Positions 58,827 to 64,000 of a stretch of DNA of 64,000 nt are shown here, piece by piece. The DNA lies in the sequence record ON529851.1. One strand, 5' to 3'. The translations under genes were made by a program, and so were the position numbers. A model generated the notes under the pieces. It made no database searches and was not told the origin of the DNA. It saw nothing but the letters and a program-made list of their open reading frames with translations. Position 1 is the first letter of the stretch; every line of letters starts with the position of its first letter.

Positions 58827-59126
58827 CTAGAGGGCGGTCAGGGCGTGCCACAGGGCGTTAGGGACTACGGCGCCCGCCGCGACCGGCGCGAAGGCGGTTT
58901 CCCCGCCCTCGGGGCCGTAGTGGGGCATGACGCAGCCGGGCAGGGCGTCGATCATGCGGATGCGGTAGAGCGGCACGTCCGCGAAAGGGGGGTTCTCGAC
59001 CCGGCCCAGCACCTCGGCGCGACCTTCGCCGCCGTTGAGGTAGCCGGGCGCATAGGTCACGATCTGGCCCGGCGCAAAGGTGGTGTTTTCCGGGGTGCGG
59101 GCGGGGGCGAGGGCGATGCGGGTCAT
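58827..59126 (-). CDS. Hypothetical protein (99 aa)
   Basis: SD GGAG. Confidence 0.7.
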   Translation of the reverse strand: MTRIALAPARTPENTTFAPGQIVTYAPGYLNGGEGRAEVLGRVENPPFADVPLYRIRMIDALPGCVMPHYGPEGGETAFAPVAAGAVVPNALWHALTAL

Positions 59127-59127
59127 G

Positions 59128-59307
59128 TCAGGCTCCAGCGGACAGAAGAACGGCGGTCGAAAGGTGTTGCGTCGCCTGCTTGCGCAGGGCGGCGGTCAGG
59201 AGGCGGGCCGCTTCCTTGGCGTTCCCGGCCAGCGCCGCCGCTTCGGCGCGCTTGGCGAAAAAGGCCTTGGACTTGCGGGCGCGCCGGGCGCGTTGGTGAT
59301 CGGTCAT
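59128..59307 (-). CDS. Hypothetical basic protein (59 aa)
   Basis: SD GGGAG; CtrA promoter at 59352. Confidence 0.6.
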   Translation of the reverse strand: MTDHQRARRARKSKAFFAKRAEAAALAGNAKEAARLLTAALRKQATQHLSTAVLLSAGA

Positions 59308-59431
59308 CGGGCTTGCTCCCTTGTGATGCCCCTAGTCCTACAGGATAGAAGTTAACAAGAGATTAACGCCGAGACGATCGGTCGGCGGGGCGCCGGGCCT
59401 TAACCTTAACGCCGGGCGGCGGTGGGGCGGC

Positions 59432-59644
59432 CTAGCGGCCAGCCCCTTGGGTCTTTTGCGCCATGCGCCGCGCGCGCCCGGCGGTCCAGCCCCGGCGGTA
59501 GGCGTCGCCGATCTGGCGGCGGTCTTCGCCCACGGCCCATGACATCCGGTTGTCGCGGCGCCCATATTCCAACCCGCCCTCGGCGTCGATGACGCCGCCG
59601 TGATATTGCGCCATCAGGGCGCGTTCCGTGACCGGGAGCCCCAT
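59432..59644 (-). CDS. Hypothetical protein (70 aa)
   Basis: TGATG coupling; AYRRGW.AG motif. Confidence 0.6.
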   Translation of the reverse strand: MGLPVTERALMAQYHGGVIDAEGGLEYGRRDNRMSWAVGEDRRQIGDAYRRGWTAGRARRMAQKTQGAGR

Positions 59645-59868
59645 CAGTGAACCCCGCCCAGCCGGGCGGCGCGCTGGCCGTCGTTTTCCATGTAGAAGTG
59701 ACCGTCGATGCGGTAGATGCGTTTCCCGGCGTCGTAGGGGCGCAAGCCCCCGAACGCGACTTGGAAGGTGGCGGGCGTGTCGCCCACGTAGAGGGTCGCC
59801 CCGTCCGGCTTGACGCAGACGGCGACGCCCTCGCGGACCTGAACGGTTCCGATCAGTCGGCGGGCCAT
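59644..59868 (-). CDS. Hypothetical protein (74 aa)
   Basis: TGATG coupling. Confidence 0.65.
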   Translation of the reverse strand: MARRLIGTVQVREGVAVCVKPDGATLYVGDTPATFQVAFGGLRPYDAGKRIYRIDGHFYMENDGQRAARLGGVH

Positions 59869-60167
59869 CAGGCGGCGGCCTTCTTGGCGGCGGGCTTGTA
59901 ACCCTCGACTCGACCGTCCAGCAGGGCGGCGCCGTCCAGCGGTCCCTCGAACGACTGCACGTCGTCCAGCGCCGCCATCGTCACGGCGCGGAAGGCCTTT
60001 TTGCGGACGTTGGAATTGACGGCCCCGTCCGTGGCGCGGCTAACGGCGCGGTAACAGGCTTCGGGGTGGGATTGCGCCTGAACCGTCCTCTTATAGACGC
60101 CCAGGTCATCGCCCAGCCAGAACATGACGACGAAATCTTGGCGGGCGGGTCGGATCGGGTGATGCAT
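59868..60167 (-). CDS. Hypothetical protein (99 aa)
   Basis: SD AAGGG; CtrA promoter at 60219. Confidence 0.68.
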   Translation of the reverse strand: MHHPIRPARQDFVVMFWLGDDLGVYKRTVQAQSHPEACYRAVSRATDGAVNSNVRKKAFRAVTMAALDDVQSFEGPLDGAALLDGRVEGYKPAAKKAAA

Positions 60168-60319
60168 CGCGGGTGGTCCCTTGCGGTGGTTTGTTCCCTT
60201 ATACATAGACGACAGAAGTTAACAAGAGGTTAAGACGCCGACGTTTTCGCGGGGCGGCGGCGGGGTGTTAACCTTAACGACAGGTTAACGGGTCAGCGGC
60301 CCCGAAGGGCCGCCTTGCG

Positions 60320-60739
60320 TCAGGCCGCGACCGGCTGGCGCAGCAGGGACCACAGCCGGTCCATCGCCTTGTTGACGACGTGAGGCGACCCGACGCCGAA
60401 CGGCGTGACGTTGACCACGTCGGCGGACTTCCAGACATAGGCCCGGATCGTGCCGACGCGCGGGCCGTGCGGCGGCTGTTCGGTGGTGACGAACAGGGTC
60501 ACGCCCAGATGGTCGAAGTCGTAGAAGCCGCCGGGGAACTTCGTGCCGAAACCCTTCATGGCGTTCTTGTCGAACCAATGACCGCGACGGCGGCGGGCGT
60601 AATCGCGCTCGATGTTGGCGAGGCAGTTGCTCGAACCCTCGAAGGCCGGGCCTTCGTGCGGGGCGGGCGCGGCGTCCGCCAGAAGGCCCGGCAGGGCGGC
60701 GGCGGCGGCGAGGGCGATGCGTTCGGCTTGGGTGGTCAT
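60320..60739 (-). CDS. Hypothetical protein (139 aa)
   Basis: SD GGAG; CtrA promoter at 60781. Confidence 0.72.
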   Translation of the reverse strand: MTTQAERIALAAAAALPGLLADAAPAPHEGPAFEGSSNCLANIERDYARRRRGHWFDKNAMKGFGTKFPGGFYDFDHLGVTLFVTTEQPPHGPRVGTIRAYVWKSADVVNVTPFGVGSPHVVNKAMDRLWSLLRQPVAA

Positions 60740-60799
60740 GGGCGTCTCCGGTTTGATAGGGCCAACCTACAGGGAGGAAGTTAACAAAGCGTTAACGGG

Positions 60800-61129
60800 C
60801 TAGTCAATGACCTTCAGGCCGGACTCGATTTGGGCGCGGTAATGGGCGGCGTTCGCCTTGGCCTCTTTGTATCCGGGGCTGTCCGCCGGGAAGCGCGCCG
60901 CCTGACGCTCATAGGTCGCGGCGGCGTCGGTCGCCATGGCCTCGATGCGGGCGCGGGCGCGGCGCCTGGCCTCGGCTTCGTTGGGCGCGGCGTCGGAATC
61001 ATAGCCGCCTTGCGACCACACAGAGGCCGATTGCCCTTCGCGCCAGTCGCCCCGGCCATGGGATTGCACGTAGCCGTGAATGACGTGACCGCCTTGGCGA
61101 TTGTCGGCTTTCAGGGATGCGACGAACAT
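60800..61129 (-). CDS. Hypothetical protein (109 aa)
   Basis: SD GGAGAG; CtrA promoter at 61172. Confidence 0.7.
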   Translation of the reverse strand: MFVASLKADNRQGGHVIHGYVQSHGRGDWREGQSASVWSQGGYDSDAAPNEAEARRRARARIEAMATDAAATYERQAARFPADSPGYKEAKANAAHYRAQIESGLKVID

Positions 61130-61287
61130 GGGACTCTCCGTGGGTTGAGGCTTCACACTAGAGGCTAGTTCTTAACAAACCGTTAAAGACTGTCAAGCGG
61201 TTTCGCAGGGCTTAACCTTAATGCCGCGTTAAGGTTAACGGCGGGCGGGCGGGCGTCGCCCCGGCGCGAGGCCGGGGCGATCCTGGG

Positions 61288-61608
61288 TCAGCCGATCAGG
61301 CGCGTCTTGAGCGTCGCCCGGCCTTCCGGCGTCAGCTTGGCGCGTTGGGCGCGGAGGAAGGTCAGGCCTGCCGCAAAGCTGTCGATGCGGCCCGCGTATT
61401 GGCGCTCCAACCACTTCAACGGTTCCGGGTAATGCGAGGCGTAGAAGGCCACGCGGCCCGGCTTGATGCGGGGGAACAGCTTGGCGCGGGCCTCTTTGAT
61501 CGAGGTCGCGCCGGGCACGGGGAGTTCCGCGACCACACGCCCCTTGCGGAGGATGTGGGCCGTGTTCAGTTCCGGCGCGTAGGCGTGGCGTTCGAGGATC
61601 AGTTTCAT
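61288..61608 (-). CDS. Hypothetical protein (106 aa)
   Basis: SD GGAG; CtrA promoter at 61651. Confidence 0.72.
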   Translation of the reverse strand: MKLILERHAYAPELNTAHILRKGRVVAELPVPGATSIKEARAKLFPRIKPGRVAFYASHYPEPLKWLERQYAGRIDSFAAGLTFLRAQRAKLTPEGRATLKTRLIG

Positions 61609-61661
61609 CGGTCGACTCCGTTTCGATCCTTAGACCATAGGCGACAGAAGTTAACAAGAGG

Positions 61662-62303
61662 TTAAGAGGTGAAGTTTTCCAGATAGCGGCGGCGCATGGC
61701 CGCGACCGTCGTCGGCGTGACCCGGACAATGTCAGCGTTTTTGCGCATCATCTCTTCACGCATGAATGACGTCGTCGCCAATTGCAGGGTGTGATTCACG
61801 CAGGAATGATAGCCGTCTTTCAGGCGCGCAATCGGCCACGTCGGCGGGTGCAACGTGACGTGTTCCAAGGCCTCCAGCGGGATCGGCAAGGGGAGGTCGT
61901 CGCGATGCTGATTGGCCTCGGTCTGCTCATAGGTCGCGCCGCGCGGGTAGACCCCCAAGATCAAATCGCCGTTGTTCAGCCGGAACCACGTCAGGCCGGA
62001 TCGCCCGTCGTCGCCGACCGCTTGCGCCAGCACGTAGCGGGCCACGGCGGCGTCCGCCGGGACGGCCCACGCCACAACCATATCCAGCGTGTTACCGTCG
62101 GCGTCGTGGGCGAAGATCGGGGAAACAGGGCCAGGTTCTTCCACGACGTCGGACGGGTCGAGGCCGAAGGGTCCGTCGAGCCAGACGGCGCGGGCCATGG
62201 TCAGGCCGTCGCTGTAGGCGTCGCGTTCGGCCAGCGTCGCAAAAGGGCCGTGAAGGATATTCGCCGGGCAACGCAGATAGTGTCCAACCGCTGAATCGGT
62301 CAT
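61662..62303 (-). CDS. Hypothetical protein (213 aa)
   Basis: SD GGGAGG; CtrA promoter at 62346. Confidence 0.75.
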   Translation of the reverse strand: MTDSAVGHYLRCPANILHGPFATLAERDAYSDGLTMARAVWLDGPFGLDPSDVVEEPGPVSPIFAHDADGNTLDMVVAWAVPADAAVARYVLAQAVGDDGRSGLTWFRLNNGDLILGVYPRGATYEQTEANQHRDDLPLPIPLEALEHVTLHPPTWPIARLKDGYHSCVNHTLQLATTSFMREEMMRKNADIVRVTPTTVAAMRRRYLENFTS

Positions 62304-62411
62304 TGGGGCCTCCCTTGAATGAGCCTCATGCCTAGCACCGATTCGTTAACAAGAGGTTAACGCCGTGCGGCGGTCGGGCGTTAACCTTAACGGGCGTTAG
62401 GAAAGCCAGGG

Positions 62412-62822
62412 TCACAGGCCCCGGCACGTTGGGCCGAACCCGGACTCGATCGACGCGGGGTCGGTCAGGGGCAGGGCGCAGCGCCCGCAGCGGCCCTCAT
62501 GATAGACCTTGAGCGCGGGCGGGATGCGCCCGGCGGCGAGGTGGGGCCACGCCCACGCGAAGGCGCGCGCGGACGGGGCGTCGGCGCCGATGCTGGCGCG
62601 GCGGCCATGCCGGAACGAATCATCGGCGAAGATCGTGCCGAGGAAGGTGTAGTCGGCTTCGTTGTCCGCGCCCGTCAGGACCGACACGAACCAGACGCTG
62701 TCCTTGGCGCCCACGCGATAGGTGAAGCGGGCGCCGGTGGTCTCGCTGACCAGCGTGACGCGGGCGCGCCCGGCGAGCATGAAACGGCGGACGGTTTCGG
62801 CGGACATTTCAGCGGCGGACAT
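62412..62822 (-). CDS. Conserved phage hypothetical protein with C-terminal Zn motif (136 aa)
   Basis: F.LAG.A.VTL.S..TG..FTYRV...GRCGRC..PLTDP.SI..GFGP.C. Confidence 0.75.
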   Translation of the reverse strand: MSAAEMSAETVRRFMLAGRARVTLVSETTGARFTYRVGAKDSVWFVSVLTGADNEADYTFLGTIFADDSFRHGRRASIGADAPSARAFAWAWPHLAAGRIPPALKVYHEGRCGRCALPLTDPASIESGFGPTCRGL

Positions 62823-62964
62823 GGGGTCGGCTCCGGGCGGGTGATCCTGTCACCCTAGAGCCGATTCGTTAACAAAAGGTTAAGCCCGCGCCGTCGCCGG
62901 GACGCGTTAAGGTTAACCGGCGGCAGGCGGGAAAACGCCGCCCGGCGAACCGGGCGGCGCGGGA

Positions 62965-63474
62965 TCAGGGGGCCAGAGGATCGGGGGCGGGGATGATCTC
63001 GACTTGACGCCGGCCCTGCTTGACGCGCCCGACCTTGATTCGCTTCTCGACGGCGGCGCGCGCCCATTCGTTGCGCGTGGTCTCGGCGGCGTGGCGGCCC
63101 GTCTCATCAACGGCGCTGTAGATGGAATACAGCAGGCCGAACAACGCGACCTCCGGCATGGCCTTGACCGCCTCCAGCATTTCGCCGTTATCGTAGGCGC
63201 CTGACACTTCCACGACGCGCGTCCCCGCGCCGTGCTGCATCAGAATGTAGAAGGTCGATTTGCGGTCGCGGCGGCGCTCGCTTTCGCCGGTGCGGCGGAC
63301 GGCCAGCTTGACGTCATAGGCGCGGTAACAGACGCCCGTGCCGGGCTTGCCGTTGTCGCTTCCCAGGATTCGCATTTCGCGTTCCGGCAGGGGATGGCGC
63401 AGGACCTCGAAGGGCTCGAAAGTCGTGTCGTCGGCGTAGCCCGACCCACGGGCGATGATGGCGCTTTTCAGCAT
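62965..63474 (-). CDS. Hypothetical protein (169 aa)
   Basis: SD GGAG; CtrA promoter at 63518. Confidence 0.72.
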   Translation of the reverse strand: MLKSAIIARGSGYADDTTFEPFEVLRHPLPEREMRILGSDNGKPGTGVCYRAYDVKLAVRRTGESERRRDRKSTFYILMQHGAGTRVVEVSGAYDNGEMLEAVKAMPEVALFGLLYSIYSAVDETGRHAAETTRNEWARAAVEKRIKVGRVKQGRRQVEIIPAPDPLAP

Positions 63475-63528
63475 GAGGGGTCTCCGGTTGCGAGCCTGTA
63501 TCTCTACAGGCCCGGCGTTAACAGGGGC

Positions 63529-63966
63529 TTAATACGTGATGTCGTTCGTGCGGTCCCGCAGGGCCTCGGCGTAGGTGTCGAAGGGCGCCGATTCGGCCTC
63601 TTCTTCGGCGTCATACCAATGGAACTTCTCGACCGGGGCGGCGTCTTCCGTCGCGCCGGGGTAGGTGCGCAGGAAGACTTCCAAGTCTTCCAGATCGGCG
63701 TCGTCCGGGTCCATTTGCAGGGCGAGGGCCTTGGGCTGGGCCGGGACCGCGCCGCCCGAATAGACGTCCACGCACACGCCCATGAAGGTCGCGATTTCGG
63801 TCGCCTGCTTCAGGAACAGCCGCTGATTGTCGCGGGGCAGGGCTTGGGCCACGGCCACCGTATAGGCGTCGCTGGCGAGGCTCCAGACCAGTTCGGTGAA
63901 GGTCTCGACGCCGTCGTCCATATCGGCGTAACCGACGACGGTGTAAAAGGCGGGGGATTCGGCCAT
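63529..63966 (-). CDS. Hypothetical acidic protein (145 aa)
   Basis: SD AGGAG. Confidence 0.72.
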   Translation of the reverse strand: MAESPAFYTVVGYADMDDGVETFTELVWSLASDAYTVAVAQALPRDNQRLFLKQATEIATFMGVCVDVYSGGAVPAQPKALALQMDPDDADLEDLEVFLRTYPGATEDAAPVEKFHWYDAEEEAESAPFDTYAEALRDRTNDITY

Positions 63967-64000
63967 GGGGCGCTCCTGTTTCGTTGGGGATACCCTAGAC

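Larger units (their letters stand above)
50058..63532. promoter_or_regulatory. Array of 23 perfect CtrA boxes TTAA-N7-TTAA
   Basis: Starts at 50058, 50888, 51184, 51707, 52731, 52776, 53682, 53727, 54228, 55169, 55649, 55980, 56969, 57620, 58236, 59352, 60219, 60781, 61172, 61651, 62346, 62869, 63518; an imperfect box at 58684. Confidence 0.9.

Noticed and set aside
1-64000. Prophage integration signals, IS elements, rRNA
   Set aside because: No integrase, transposase, att-like junction or rRNA sequence recognised.

Overview
The window is a 64-kb segment of a large phiCbK-like phage infecting Caulobacteraceae (Caulobacter/Brevundimonas). This is inferred from the capsid, scaffold and portal genes, a GapR homolog, an alphaproteobacterial-type tRNA-His and dense CtrA boxes. 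Almost all genes are on the minus strand. In transcription order (high to low coordinates): (i) 64000-49766, an array of small genes, most transcription units with their own CtrA-box (TTAA-N7-TTAA) promoter, including ArdC-like, ArfA-like and Rmf-like genes; this is probably the terminal-repeat/early region. (ii) A serine protease, the portal and about 45 small accessory genes (Ntn protease, Phd-like, HD, DHH, FlbD-like pair, exonuclease, HNH). (iii) Scaffold, major and minor capsid, a ~510-nt antisense structured RNA, and a filament/fibre module with a 2714-aa glycine-rich protein. (iv) About 22 tRNA or tRNA-like genes, a compact tmRNA-like gene, a metallophosphoesterase, GapR and peptide deformylase. 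The strongest novel signal is in the tRNA region. Two tRNA arrays are each preceded by a promoter, a short leader ORF, alternative hairpins and an intrinsic terminator. The leader codons match the amino acids, and largely the exact anticodons, of the tRNAs downstream. This looks like ribosome-stalling attenuation that switches on phage tRNA genes when host tRNAs are depleted. All calls were made by eye without database searches. Start codons of small genes and family assignments are best estimates.
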